Positions 1-9,360 of a stretch of 64,000 nucleotides of DNA are shown one piece after another. Origin of the DNA: Coriobacteriia bacterium (lineage in GTDB: Bacteria; Actinomycetota; Coriobacteriia; Coriobacteriales; Eggerthellaceae). The translations under genes were made by a program, and so were the position numbers. Numbering within the stretch: position 1 is the stretch's first letter; each line of letters opens with the position of its first letter. The notes below the pieces were generated by a model. The model saw only the letters and a list, made by a program, of their open reading frames with translations, did not search any database and was not told where the DNA came from. The DNA is taken from contig JAUNWR010000002.1 of the NCBI GenBank assembly GCA_030540215.1, forward strand, positions 10,119-74,118. Direction: 5' to 3'.

Positions 1-225
1 CGTATAGGGAATGGTGCCGCCTGCCGCCTGCGATTGCTGGTATACGTTCGTTGCCAGGCTTTCGATGAATTCGCCGGTGGGAGCGGGCTGGATTTCGGTG
101 ACGCGCGGCGCGCTTAGCAAGTTGTCGTATAAGGCGATGCGTGCAACCGAATTCACGTGAGTGAAGTCGAAGCCCTCGTCGTCGTTGTTTTCAGGTGATT
201 CCTGATGCTGTTCTTGCTCGCTCAT
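1..225 (-). CDS. N-terminal part (runs off window) of a conserved Coriobacteriia oriC-flanking protein, probably HATPase_c-like ATP-binding protein
   Basis: Manual translation from ATG at 225: MSEQEQHQESPENNDDEGFDFTHVNSVARIALYDNLLSAPRVTEIQPAPTGEFIESLATNVYQQSQAAGGTIPYT, open to the window edge. Resembles from memory the ATP-binding gene beside dnaA in Eggerthellaceae; the ATPase domain itself is outside the window. Confidence 0.6.
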   Translation of the reverse strand, partial: MSEQEQHQESPENNDDEGFDFTHVNSVARIALYDNLLSAPRVTEIQPAPTGEFIESLATNVYQQSQAAGGTIPYT

Positions 226-1402
226 CTGCGCTTTTACCGCTTTCCACATTCGTCGTTTTCCAAAGTTTTACACATTTTCGGGAAAAATCCTTGAAAAGTG
301 TACCTTCTTTTCCCATCGAATTCCATTCAACTGGGCAAATTCCGGAATCGAATGTGGAAAAATCACTATTAGGTGAAAGTTTTTCACAGCGATGAACTCA
401 CTGTTTCCTTCGTTTTCCACTTTCTATTCAAAGATTGTTGAAAACTGGAATGAAAACTCGAATAAGTGTGAAAAACAGAGATGCAAAGGTTTTCGACATT
501 GTTGAAATTCCAGGTTGTTCCAAGCCGTTTCCGCGACATTTTCTCGACTGAAGGCAAGGGTTTGGCGGAAGGGTTGGAAAGTCCCAGGTCAGTTGTGCAT
601 TCTGTCGAAAAGTAATGCGATTGCATTGTAGAGAACGGCAAAATGCCTGTTCAGGGGCGTGTTGAAAACTGTGCAACTGCTTAAATGCCTGGTCCAGCGC
701 TTGTTTTGTCGGAGCCTTTAAGTGCTTTGAGATTGTGCTATTCGAAGTTTTTCCACAGCGTCTTTCGAATGAATTCCAAGTTTTCAACGTTTTCCACAAT
801 CGTTGGAATCGGCTGCTGGGGAGAATTCATTTTTTCAGCCGTTGGTCGCGGGTTTCGGGGCGCATTTCCTTCTTTTCGGCGGCAGCGATCGGTTATGAAG
901 GTTCGTTCTTGTTGAATTTCGTTTCATTGCTCAATCTGGTTTTCCACTTCCGCCCTTCTGCCATTTAGATCCGGCGTTGTCGAGGTGCTTGTGGGCGTTC
1001 TTCGCGCATGGTTTTCCCTTAGGTTGCCGAAAACGGATTGAGATCGCTTCGCGTGCGGTCTCCCCTAGGCCGCCGGAAACGCTTCCGCTGGATGCGGGAA
1101 TCGATATCTCCAATCGGTGCCGAAGATATTTCCGTTTTTTCTCATGCAGGTGCGTTCGAACCGTTGAAAAGACGTTCCCACTAGATGTTGCGACCCACGT
1201 TTTCGATCCCCCAATGAATTGTTGAAAGCGACGTTTTCCAGTGCACTGGCAATGTTGTGGAAAACTTCGTGTTTTCGCAGGTGGGCTTTCATAATGTGGG
1301 TATCTTGTGCATCGGTTGGCATATATAGGTAAAAACCTTTTGACAGTCGGGCTGTTCCGGTTATACTCAACAAGTTGCTCTAAACCATGAAAGGGAAACG
1401 AT
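226..1402. other. Candidate chromosomal replication origin (oriC) with clustered DnaA boxes
   Basis: AT-rich, no credible ORF, directly upstream of rpmH. TTWTNCACA matches at 266-274(+), 353-361(-), 380-388(+), 467-475(-), 749-757(+), 790-798(+), 1256-1264(-), plus 1-mismatch TTTTCAACA/TTTTCCACT copies (e.g. 413, 437, 660, 940). Confidence 0.85.
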
Positions 1403-1537
1403 ATGAAGCGCACCTATCAACCTAACACTCGTAAGCGTGCCAAGTGCCACGGCTTCCGTGCCCGCATGGCAACCAAGGGCGGCCGCAAGGTTCTGGCTGC
1501 TCGCCGTGCTAAGGGTCGTAAGCGTCTCTGCGTGTAA
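1403..1537 (+). CDS. rpmH: 50S ribosomal protein L34
   Basis: Not in ORF track (44 aa): [44 protein letters not shown]; SD AAAGGG upstream. Confidence 0.98.
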   Translation: MKRTYQPNTRKRAKCHGFRARMATKGGRKVLAARRAKGRKRLCV

Positions 1538-1548
1538 AGAGTATTCGA

Positions 1549-1875
1549 TTGGAGACTATCAAGTCCAAAGCGGACATCTCCGATCTGTTCTCTAGCGGAA
1601 AGCGCCTGCGTACACCGTACCTTACGCTCATAGTGTTACCAGCGAAGCAGCACGGCCTTCACGGTCGTGTTGCTTTTATTGCAGGAAAAAAATCCGGTAA
1701 CGCTGTATGGCGTAATAGCGCAAAACGTCGAATGAGAGCTGTTTGCCATGAGTTGGGCGGCCCCTTCCCGAATCTCGATGTGATATTTCTCGCGAAGTCG
1801 GGTATTTGCCGCGCTAAGTATAGTAAAGTGCTCGAAACATGCGACGAAGCGCTGAAACGCGCTGGAATTCGGTAG
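1549..1875 (+). CDS. rnpA: Ribonuclease P protein component
   Basis: KKSGNAVWRNSAKRRMR (RNR-type motif); position after rpmH; TTG start. Confidence 0.95.
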   Translation: METIKSKADISDLFSSGKRLRTPYLTLIVLPAKQHGLHGRVAFIAGKKSGNAVWRNSAKRRMRAVCHELGGPFPNLDVIFLAKSGICRAKYSKVLETCDEALKRAGIR

Positions 1876-1887
1876 GGTCTGATTGGA

Positions 1888-2121
1888 ATGAAGAAAGGTT
1901 TCGGAAGCATACCGTGCAAGGTGGCTATGTTTCTCATTACCTTTTATAGGGCGGCGATTTCGCCTATGTTCCCGTCGTGCTGCCGTTTTACCCCGACGTG
2001 CTCGGAATACGGGCTCATCGCGTTTCAACGTTACGGTTTCGCAAAGGGCTTAAGGCTGACGGTAAAACGTATTCTACGGTGTCGACCTGGAGGGCCGCAC
2101 GGCTACGATCCCGTTCCGTAA
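1888..2121 (+). CDS. yidD: Membrane protein insertion efficiency factor YidD
   Basis: [10 protein letters not shown]...[13 protein letters not shown] signature; synteny. Confidence 0.96.
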   Translation: MKKGFGSIPCKVAMFLITFYRAAISPMFPSCCRFTPTCSEYGLIAFQRYGFAKGLRLTVKRILRCRPGGPHGYDPVP

Positions 2122-2175
2122 GGGCGGGGCTTCAGCCGGCGGCTTTTTGTCGGTTAAAGGAAGGAAAACCATAGT

Positions 2176-2967
2176 ATGTGGGAAGTATTCAAGAACTGGA
2201 TATTCGACATCATCCAATTCTTCTTTGGCTTCTGCCAAGACTGGGGCTTGGCCATCATCATCGTGACCATCATCTTCCGTGTGCTTATCTCCCCGTTGAT
2301 GCATAAGCAGACGAAGTCTTCTTATCAGATGCAGAAGGTTCAGCCTCTGATGCAGGAGATTCAGACGAAGTACGCCAACGACCCGCAGCGCATGCAGGAG
2401 GAGATGCAGAAGCTGTACGCTGACGCCAAGTTCAACCCCTTGGCCGGCTGCCTCCCCATGCTCCTGCAGATGCCTATCTTCATCGCCCTGTTCCAGGTGC
2501 TGCGTGAGATGCCGAACTATCTGGGTTCCGATGAGGGCTACCAGTTCTTCAACCTGGTTCCCAACCTGGTTATGACGCCGTCCGGTGCGGTTGCCGGTGG
2601 CTTTGGCACGTTCCTTCCGTACCTTATCCTCATGATCGTGTTCGCTGGCGCTACGTTCCTGCCCATGATCTTGATGCAGATGGGGCAGAAGGATAACCCG
2701 CAGCGCAACCAGACCATGATCATGGCTGGCGTCATGAGCTTGTTCATGCTGTGGATCAGCTGGAGCTCCCCCGCTGGCGTTCTTCTGTTCTGGGGCGTTT
2801 CCTCCATTATCGGCGTGTGCCAGCAGCAGATCTCTATGCGCCTCATGAAGAAGCGCGATGCGGAGAAGGAGGAGACCATCGAGGTGAAGCCGATCGAGGT
2901 CGACGTTGCCCGCAAGGCTAAGAAGCCGCGTCCGAAGAAGAAGGACACCTCCAAAAAGCACGCTTAA
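2176..2967 (+). CDS. yidC: YidC/Oxa1 membrane protein insertase
   Basis: WGLAIIIVTIIFR, NPLAGCLPMLLQMPIFIALF, PAGVLLFW motifs; basic C-terminal tail. Confidence 0.96.
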   Translation: MWEVFKNWIFDIIQFFFGFCQDWGLAIIIVTIIFRVLISPLMHKQTKSSYQMQKVQPLMQEIQTKYANDPQRMQEEMQKLYADAKFNPLAGCLPMLLQMPIFIALFQVLREMPNYLGSDEGYQFFNLVPNLVMTPSGAVAGGFGTFLPYLILMIVFAGATFLPMILMQMGQKDNPQRNQTMIMAGVMSLFMLWISWSSPAGVLLFWGVSSIIGVCQQQISMRLMKKRDAEKEETIEVKPIEVDVARKAKKPRPKKKDTSKKHA

Positions 2968-2983
2968 TCGATTTTGCGTAATG

Positions 2984-3015
2984 GTGCGCGGTGTTTCACG
3001 TGAAACACCGCGCAC
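2984..3015. other. parS site (2992-3007) inside a perfect 32-bp palindrome
   Basis: GTGCGCGG-TGTTTCACGTGAAACA-CCGCGCAC between yidC and jag. Confidence 0.93.
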
Positions 3016-3043
3016 TGTGGTTTTTAGTTCTAAGGAGCTGCAA

Positions 3044-3583
3044 ATGGCAGAAGAAGAGAACGTGGAATTGACCGCAGAAGAGGCTCAAGACGCCCAGGTC
3101 GAACAAGACGGCATCAGCGACGAGGATCTTGATCGCATCGCGGATACCGCCATCGCAACTATCCAGGACATCCTGAAGCACTTCGATGTCGGCGAGGTCA
3201 CCATCGACGAGTACGAAGGCGATGAAGGCGAGCTTATCCTCGATATCACCGGTGACGACCTGGCTGTTCTCATTGGCCGCCATGGTAAGACCCTTGATGC
3301 ATTGCAGTTCCTGGTGTCCGCCATTACCGTTCGCACCATGGGCTTCCGTTATCCCGTTATCGTCGATGTTGAGGGCTACAAGAACCGTCAGCGCGAGAAG
3401 CTTGAGTCCATCGCTCGCAATGCTGCCGCAAAGGCTGCCAAGCAGCATCGCAGCGTGAAGCTTCGCCCCATGACTCCGTATGAGCGCCGCATCGTGCATA
3501 TTTCGCTTCGCGACGACGAGCGCGTCGAGACGGCATCTGAGGGAGAGGGCTCCGCGCGCCACGTTGTGGTTGTCCCGCTTTAG
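3044..3583 (+). CDS. jag: Jag/KhpB (EloR) RNA-binding protein, KH + R3H domains
   Basis: LIGRHGKTLDALQ (KH) and ERRIVH (R3H). ATG at 3044 with SD AAGGAG; the ORF-track start at 2906 is an upstream extension. Confidence 0.93.
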   Translation: MAEEENVELTAEEAQDAQVEQDGISDEDLDRIADTAIATIQDILKHFDVGEVTIDEYEGDEGELILDITGDDLAVLIGRHGKTLDALQFLVSAITVRTMGFRYPVIVDVEGYKNRQREKLESIARNAAAKAAKQHRSVKLRPMTPYERRIVHISLRDDERVETASEGEGSARHVVVVPL

Positions 3584-3629
3584 GCAGTCGCTTCTATTCG
3601 GCTTTTGGCTGATATCTCAAGAACCCATC

Positions 3630-3664
3630 AGGCCGCATCTTCGGATGCGGCCTCTTTGTTTTTC
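3630..3664 (+). terminator. Intrinsic terminator after jag
   Basis: AGGCCGCATC-TTCG-GATGCGGCCT followed by CTTTGTTTTT. Confidence 0.85.
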
Positions 3665-3714
3665 AAGGGGTTCATATCCTTGGAGTCCAATATGCTGCGT
3701 GAAGGGCTAAAGTA

Positions 3715-3730
3715 TGTTTCACGTGAAACA
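3715..3730. other. parS site
   Basis: Perfect TGTTTCACGTGAAACA, 21 nt upstream of the rsmG ATG. Confidence 0.93.
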
Positions 3731-3751
3731 ACAGGACAGAAGGAACGGTTC

Positions 3752-4393
3752 ATGCACGAGGACTTGCTCAAGCGACATTTGGAGTTGGTTATCGAAGCCA
3801 ACAAGACCACGAACATCACGCGCATCTCTTCTTGGGAAGATGGCATGGTGCTCCATGTGCAGGATTCCCTGCTTGGCCTTGATGCTTTGAATGCGTGCCC
3901 TGAGGGCCGCTATGCTGATATCGGAACGGGCGCGGGCTATCCTGGTATTCCGCTTGCCATCGAAACCGGTAGGCCTACCCTGCTGGTCGATTCCGTTCAG
4001 AAGAAGGTTCAGATCCTTGATGGCTTCATTGAGGAGCTTGGCCTTTCCAACGTTTCCACGTACGCTGGCCGTATCGAAGATCTCGGTCGCGAGCAGGCTG
4101 GGCAATTTGCTGCGATTAGTGCCCGAGCGTTGTCGAAGCTGTCCGTTTTGCTGGAGCTCTCTTCCCCGTTGTTGAAGATGGGTGGCCGCCTCATCTGCTT
4201 CAAAGCCCTTGTTGAGCAAGATGAGCTTGATCATGCCCGCGTCGTCGGCAAGCAGGTTGGAATGGAACTGGTCGACGATCAGACCTACGAGCTTGATGAT
4301 TACTCTCGCCGGATTCTGTGTTACGAGAAGGTTGCTAAGCCGAAGCTGAAGCTGCCTCGCAGAACCGGTTTGGCTCAGAAAAAGCCGCTGTAG
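3752..4393 (+). CDS. rsmG: 16S rRNA m7G527 methyltransferase RsmG (GidB)
   Basis: NITRI, HVQDSL, DIGTGAGYPGIPLA, SARAL motifs; ATG 3752 with SD AAGGA. Confidence 0.95.
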   Translation: MHEDLLKRHLELVIEANKTTNITRISSWEDGMVLHVQDSLLGLDALNACPEGRYADIGTGAGYPGIPLAIETGRPTLLVDSVQKKVQILDGFIEELGLSNVSTYAGRIEDLGREQAGQFAAISARALSKLSVLLELSSPLLKMGGRLICFKALVEQDELDHARVVGKQVGMELVDDQTYELDDYSRRILCYEKVAKPKLKLPRRTGLAQKKPL

Positions 4394-4399
4394 CGATAT

Positions 4400-4434
4400 A
4401 AGCCGTTCCCGATATTGTAGGGGCGGCTTTTTTC
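4400..4434 (+). terminator. Intrinsic terminator after rsmG
   Basis: AAGCCGTTCC...GGGGCGGCTT followed by a T-tract. Confidence 0.7.
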
Positions 4435-4546
4435 TTATCGAGGTTTCGTTGATTTCCGTTCAAAAGTCCCCATTGTGGGTTGGGGTTTTATACGCGTGAA
4501 ACGAAACACGGTATACTAGCGTCTGAAACCATGAAAGGGGGTTCCT

Positions 4547-5548
4547 GTGGGATTTTTCGACGGCCTCAGGAAAGATAAAAAACAAGCTGAGCCGGTTCAG
4601 CAGGAACAACGCGTACAAGAAGATACCGTTGAGGATGAGATAGCCATCGAGCACATCGAAGTGGTCGAGCGCGACCCTCATAGCTTGACTGAGTCTGAGC
4701 CGCAGCCTGCTGAATCTCGCCCCGAGATCGAGCCTACACCCATTCGCTCCTACCGCGATAAGAAGCCGGTGAAGCATGTGGTTGGTCAGACGAAGATCAT
4801 GGCGATCATCAACCAGAAGGGCGGTGTGGGCAAGTCCACCACTGCAATCAACCTTTCCGCCGCGCTTGGCGAGATGGGTAAGCAGGTTCTTCTCGTCGAC
4901 CTTGATCCTCAGGGTAATTCCTCAAGCGGTCTAGGTGTTGAGAAGAGTCAGGTGCAGAATTGCATCTATGATGTGCTGCTCAACGATGTTCCTGTCGAAG
5001 AAGTTATCATCCCCGATGTGTGCGAGGGTTTGGACCTGGTTCCGGCGACCATTAACCTTGCCGGTGCTGAGGTTGAGCTGGTTTCCGAGATGGCGCGCGA
5101 GAATCGCCTTAAGGATGCCATCGGAGCTCTTCGCGGTAAATATGATTACATCTTTATCGACTGCCCCCCTTCCCTGGGTTTGCTGACGGTCAACGCCCTA
5201 GTTGCCGCCGACAAGCTCCTTATCCCCATCCAATGCGAGTTCTATGCATTGGAAGGCGTGACAAAACTCCTTGATTCAATGAAACGTGTCAAAACTCGCC
5301 TGAATCCCACGTTGGATATCTACGGCGTGCTTATGACTATGTACGACGGCCGAACCACGCTGTCCCGCCAAGTGGTCGAGGAAGTGCGCAGCTATTTCGG
5401 GCGATTGGTGTTCGAAACGCTGATTCCCCGTACCGTAAAGCTTTCCGAGGCTCCTAGCTTCGGTCAACCGATAACCCTGTACGACCCTTCGGGCAAAGGT
5501 GCCCAGTCGTACATGAGTCTTGCTAAGGAAGTGATTGCCCGTGGCTAG
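4547..5548 (+). CDS. parA: Chromosome partitioning ATPase ParA/Soj with ~80-aa N-terminal extension
   Basis: NQKGGVGKSTT deviant Walker A, DLDPQGN, IDCPPSLG, IPIQCEFYALEG; GTG start with SD GAAAGGGG. Confidence 0.96.
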   Translation: MGFFDGLRKDKKQAEPVQQEQRVQEDTVEDEIAIEHIEVVERDPHSLTESEPQPAESRPEIEPTPIRSYRDKKPVKHVVGQTKIMAIINQKGGVGKSTTAINLSAALGEMGKQVLLVDLDPQGNSSSGLGVEKSQVQNCIYDVLLNDVPVEEVIIPDVCEGLDLVPATINLAGAEVELVSEMARENRLKDAIGALRGKYDYIFIDCPPSLGLLTVNALVAADKLLIPIQCEFYALEGVTKLLDSMKRVKTRLNPTLDIYGVLMTMYDGRTTLSRQVVEEVRSYFGRLVFETLIPRTVKLSEAPSFGQPITLYDPSGKGAQSYMSLAKEVIARG

Positions 5549-6719
5549 GAATGGTCGTGGTGGTCTTGGTCGAGGTCTGAACTCGTTGTTGGGCGGTGCC
5601 TATGAGGAGGCTATTCCTCAGGAGGAGCCGCAACGTGTGCGCGTGGAGGCAGAGCAGCCGCAGCAGTCTCAACCGAAGCCTCAGCCTGAGCGAGAAGTGA
5701 TCCGCGAGACCGTTCCCGCGCAAAAATCGCCTGAGCCTCGGACGGCTCGCGAAGCTGTTTCCTCCTCTTCCTATGAGGAGCAGGAGCCTGAATCGATCGT
5801 CGAAAATGGCGTTGAGGTCACCATCAAGGGGGTTGCCCAGCGTGCTGCGCGTCCTGCTGTTCAGGAAGTGGTTGAGCGCACGGTAGCGTCTTCTGCTGCT
5901 GCGCAAAACGACGGCGATGCGCAATCTCGCGAAGTGAATGAAGTAGATATCAACGCGATTGCCCCTAACCCCGATCAGCCTCGTACGAATTTCAAGCGCG
6001 AGGAGCTGGAGGAGCTTTCCGCTTCTATCCAAAAAGACGGGCTTTTGCAGCCGATTCTGGTGCGTCCGCTTGAGGATGGCATGTATCAGATCATCGCCGG
6101 CGAGCGTCGTTGGCAGGCGTCGAAGCTGGCAGGTTTGCAGCAAGTGCCTATTCGAGTTAAAGAAGCTAGCGATGATAAGGCTCTGGAGCTTGCGCTTATC
6201 GAGAACATCCAGCGTTCCGATCTTAATCCCATTGAGGAAGCGTACGGCTATCGCCGTATGATGGAACGCTTGAACATGACGCAGGCTGAGGTTGCTCAGG
6301 CGATGTCGAAGGGTCGTTCCACAGTTGCGAACGCCTTGCGTTTGCTGGAGCTTCCCGAGGAAGCACAGCAGTTGCTGTTTGAGGAGAAGATCACCGCCGG
6401 TCACGCACGAGCTATCCTTTCCATTCCCACGAAAGAAGGACGCGAGCGCCTGACGCGTAAGCTGGTTGAGGAAAAGCTGTCCGTTCGCGAAGCTGAGGCT
6501 TTGGCGCGTTTGTTCTCCGGAAAGAAAAATGAGAACGCTAAGCCGAAGACCCCTATGCCGAAGGAATATCGTAAGGTTGCCCGTACGCTCAAGGATGTTC
6601 TGGATACGCCGGTTAAGGTGAAATCCGTCAATGGTAAGAATAAGATTGAAATCGAGTTCAAGGACGAAGACGATCTCGAGCGCCTGTTCAAGGGTATTCT
6701 TGCTTCAAACCTCGCATAA
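5541..6719 (+). CDS. parB: Chromosome partitioning CTPase ParB/Spo0J
   Basis: GLGRGLNSLL N-terminal peptide, NPDQPR, GLLQPILVR, IIAGERRWQA, LIENIQRSDLNPIEEA, HTH SRSTVANALRLL-type; ~110-aa low-complexity linker. Confidence 0.96.
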   Translation: MARNGRGGLGRGLNSLLGGAYEEAIPQEEPQRVRVEAEQPQQSQPKPQPEREVIRETVPAQKSPEPRTAREAVSSSSYEEQEPESIVENGVEVTIKGVAQRAARPAVQEVVERTVASSAAAQNDGDAQSREVNEVDINAIAPNPDQPRTNFKREELEELSASIQKDGLLQPILVRPLEDGMYQIIAGERRWQASKLAGLQQVPIRVKEASDDKALELALIENIQRSDLNPIEEAYGYRRMMERLNMTQAEVAQAMSKGRSTVANALRLLELPEEAQQLLFEEKITAGHARAILSIPTKEGRERLTRKLVEEKLSVREAEALARLFSGKKNENAKPKTPMPKEYRKVARTLKDVLDTPVKVKSVNGKNKIEIEFKDEDDLERLFKGILASNLA

Positions 6720-6745
6720 AGGGTTTTGACTTCCGAGTAAAGCAG

Positions 6746-6779
6746 ACGAGCCGACGTTTTCATCGTCGGCTCGTTTTTT
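6746..6779. terminator. Likely bidirectional terminator between convergent parB and rlmN
   Basis: ACGAGCCGACG-N7-CGTCGGCTCGT with T-tract downstream and A-rich sequence upstream. Confidence 0.8.
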
Positions 6780-6814
6780 GTTTAGCGGGTGGTTATGCGT
6801 TGCATTGTCGGTGA

Positions 6815-7855
6815 TTATCGCTGTCCATTCGTGAACGTGTTCTTCAGCTGTCCGCAGGCACCGGCGATATCGGATCCCCTGGAATCTCGCAACGTGGTCT
6901 CTATCCCGTGACGGCCTGTTTCCGCGATCCATTTGTCGATGGTTTTGGAAGCGCTTGGCTTATACGGTGATTCCGGGATCGAGTTGATGGGAATCAGGTT
7001 GATGTGGCAAAGCAAGCCCTTGCAGAAGTCTAGCAGCGCCGTCAGGTCCGCATCGGTGTCGTTAACGCCCTCGATCATGATGTATTCGAATGTGACGCGA
7101 CGATTCGTTTTCTCGATATAACGCAGCAGGCTTTGCTTGAGTTTTGGCAAGGGGAAACCGCTGGTTTTCGGCATCAGCTCAAGGCGTATATCTTGTCGTG
7201 CTGCATGAAGGGACACGGCAAGTGTGAACTGCTCGGGCTCTTCCGCAAATCGGTCGATTCCGGGAATGATGCCGCACGTGGAGATACAGATATGACGCGC
7301 TCCGATCCCCAAGCTTTTTTCATTGTTGATGATGCGTAGCGCGCCTAAGACGTTGTCGTAGTTCAGCAGCGGTTCGCCCTGTCCCATGCCAACGACATTG
7401 GTTACGCGACGCCCCATAAGACGCTGCACCGTGATGATCTGATCAACGATCTCGCCTGCGGTCAAATTGCGCGTAAGGCCTTCTTTTCCCGTCGCGCAAA
7501 ACGCACACGCCATAGGGCAGCCAGCTTGCGTGGAGAAGCAGACCGTAAGACGGTCGCCGTTGCGCGATGGGATGGCAACGGTCTCAACGCATACGCCGTC
7601 GTGGTATTCCAAGAGCAGCTTGTGGGTGCCGTCGCTGGAAACAGCTTCCTCAAGCACGCTGGGCACGTACAATGGATACCCCTCGGAAAGCTGGGCTCGA
7701 AGCTTGGCGGGCAGGTTGGTCATGTCGTCGTAGCTTTGAGCGCCTTTGCTGTAGAGCCACTCGTAAAGCTGCTTTGCGCGAAAGGATGGTTGACCGAGCT
7801 CCTTCATAAGGGAAGCCAGGTCGCTTTGGGTGAAGTTTTTGATTGGTGTATTCAT
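6815..7855 (-). CDS. rlmN: Dual-specificity rRNA/tRNA m2A methyltransferase RlmN (radical SAM)
   Basis: STQAGCPMACAFCATG (CxxxCxxC), MGQGEPL, SLHA, DIAGACGQL. ATG 7855 lies 7 nt after TATAAT, so probably leaderless. Confidence 0.95.
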   Translation of the reverse strand: MNTPIKNFTQSDLASLMKELGQPSFRAKQLYEWLYSKGAQSYDDMTNLPAKLRAQLSEGYPLYVPSVLEEAVSSDGTHKLLLEYHDGVCVETVAIPSRNGDRLTVCFSTQAGCPMACAFCATGKEGLTRNLTAGEIVDQIITVQRLMGRRVTNVVGMGQGEPLLNYDNVLGALRIINNEKSLGIGARHICISTCGIIPGIDRFAEEPEQFTLAVSLHAARQDIRLELMPKTSGFPLPKLKQSLLRYIEKTNRRVTFEYIMIEGVNDTDADLTALLDFCKGLLCHINLIPINSIPESPYKPSASKTIDKWIAETGRHGIETTLRDSRGSDIAGACGQLKNTFTNGQR

Positions 7856-7870
7856 GCGGGTCATTATACC

Positions 7871-7886
7871 TGTTTCACGTGAAACA
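7871..7886. other. parS site overlapping the rlmN promoter spacer
   Basis: Perfect 16-mer, 2 bp upstream of the minus-strand TATAAT (7863-7868). Confidence 0.93.
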
Positions 7887-7973
7887 TCAGCGCTTACCTT
7901 GCATGCTGCGAAGCCCGTGTGCGGGTTTTGCTATACTGCAGCAATACGATCTCTAAAGGAGAAAGAAGGAGTC

Positions 7974-8927
7974 ATGTCTTCAAGTATCGATCCTCGTTCT
8001 TGTCATGTCGCTCTTTTGTGCGGCGGCAAAAGCAACGAGCGTGAAATTTCCTTGGCATCCGGTAAGGGTGCTCGCGAAGCTTTGGAGACGGCGGGTTTTT
8101 CCGTCACGGATATTGATCCGGCGAACAAGGAAGATCTGAAGCGTTTGATCGAGGAGCCGTTCGATGTGGCGTTCCTTTGCCTGCATGGTAAATATGGCGA
8201 AGATGGCACGGTGCAGGGTTTGCTCGATATTGTCGGCATCCCTTATACATGCTCCGGTGTTTGGTCAAGCGCGCTTGCCATGGATAAGGTGAAGGCAAAG
8301 GTCTTCTACGAGCGTGAGGGTATTCCCACTCCCCCGTCCCTGACGGTTAACAAGGGCGACAAGGTTGATATCCAGCAGGTCATCTCGTCTATGGGCGAGA
8401 AGGTTGTTGTGAAGCCCGGTACCGAGGGTAGCGCTATCGGTGTGTTCATCGTAGAAGGTGCGGAAGCTATCGAAGACGCTTTGCAGAAAGCGCTCGATAT
8501 CGATGATGAGGTGCTTATCGAGCGTTATATCAAGGGCCGCGAATTCACTGTCGCTGTTCTGGGAAATCATGAACCGAAGGCCATGCCCGTTATCGAGATC
8601 GTTCCCAAGAGCGATTTCTACGACTTTGAGTCGAAGTATGCCGTGGGCGGCTCTCAGCATATCTGCCCTGCGCGCATCCCCGACGATGTGACGAAGGTTA
8701 TGCAGCGCGAGGCGGAGAATGCTCACAAGGCGCTCTCGTGCAGCGGTACCTCTCGCACCGACTTCATCCTGGAAGACAATGGTGATTGCTGGGCTTTGGA
8801 GACGAACACCATTCCCGGTATGACGGCAACGTCCCTTCTTCCTGATGCCGCTCGTGCTGCAGGCATGACCTTCCCCGAGCTGTGCACCAAGCTTATCGAG
8901 CTTGCTTTGGAAGAGCCTGTGCGATAA
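7974..8927 (+). CDS. ddl: D-alanine--D-alanine ligase
   Basis: GGKSNEREISL, LHGKYGEDGTVQG, FYDFESKY, LETNTIPGMT; SD AAGGAG; extended -10 TGcTATACT at ~7929-7937. Confidence 0.96.
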   Translation: MSSSIDPRSCHVALLCGGKSNEREISLASGKGAREALETAGFSVTDIDPANKEDLKRLIEEPFDVAFLCLHGKYGEDGTVQGLLDIVGIPYTCSGVWSSALAMDKVKAKVFYEREGIPTPPSLTVNKGDKVDIQQVISSMGEKVVVKPGTEGSAIGVFIVEGAEAIEDALQKALDIDDEVLIERYIKGREFTVAVLGNHEPKAMPVIEIVPKSDFYDFESKYAVGGSQHICPARIPDDVTKVMQREAENAHKALSCSGTSRTDFILEDNGDCWALETNTIPGMTATSLLPDAARAAGMTFPELCTKLIELALEEPVR

Positions 8928-9055
8928 ACGGGTTTGCGGAACAAGTTTGTTTGGCAATCGGTTGAAACGATTGGCTTTCTACGGATAGGCGACGAAAAAC
9001 AATTCAGCACACCCTTGATAAATGGATGCCGTTGAATAAAGAATACGTGGTAAAC

Positions 9056-9098
9056 AGAGGGGGCTGATCCTGGAAGTGTTCCGGGATCAGCCCCCTCT
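9056..9098. terminator. Strong 20-bp hairpin in the ddl / hypothetical-gene convergent gap
   Basis: AGAGGGGGCTGATCCTGGAA-GTG-TTCCGGGATCAGCCCCCTCT (one G-U pair). Confidence 0.6.
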
Positions 9099-9360
9099 TA
9101 CTGTAGCTTGACGTCTTGCGGTGTCCAAACGGGTTGCATAGCGTTGAAGTTGATTTCTGGAATAACGCCTTATTCACGGAGCAAACGATCATGCTATCCA
9201 CCGATTCGGAGGTTGAACGCGATGCAGGGAGTCGAGATCGAATAGTCTTGAAACAAAACTTTATGTCGTCCTGTGACAGGATGAACTCCGTAGTGTTGAG
9301 CAAACACCTGGAACTTCCTTTAAGAAAGCCATTTGCTAACAAGCTTAGCGAAGGGTGCGG

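Noticed and set aside
195-1413. Several 66-160 aa ORFs in the first 1.4 kb
   Set aside because: Overlap the DnaA-box-rich origin region, atypical composition, no recognisable motifs.
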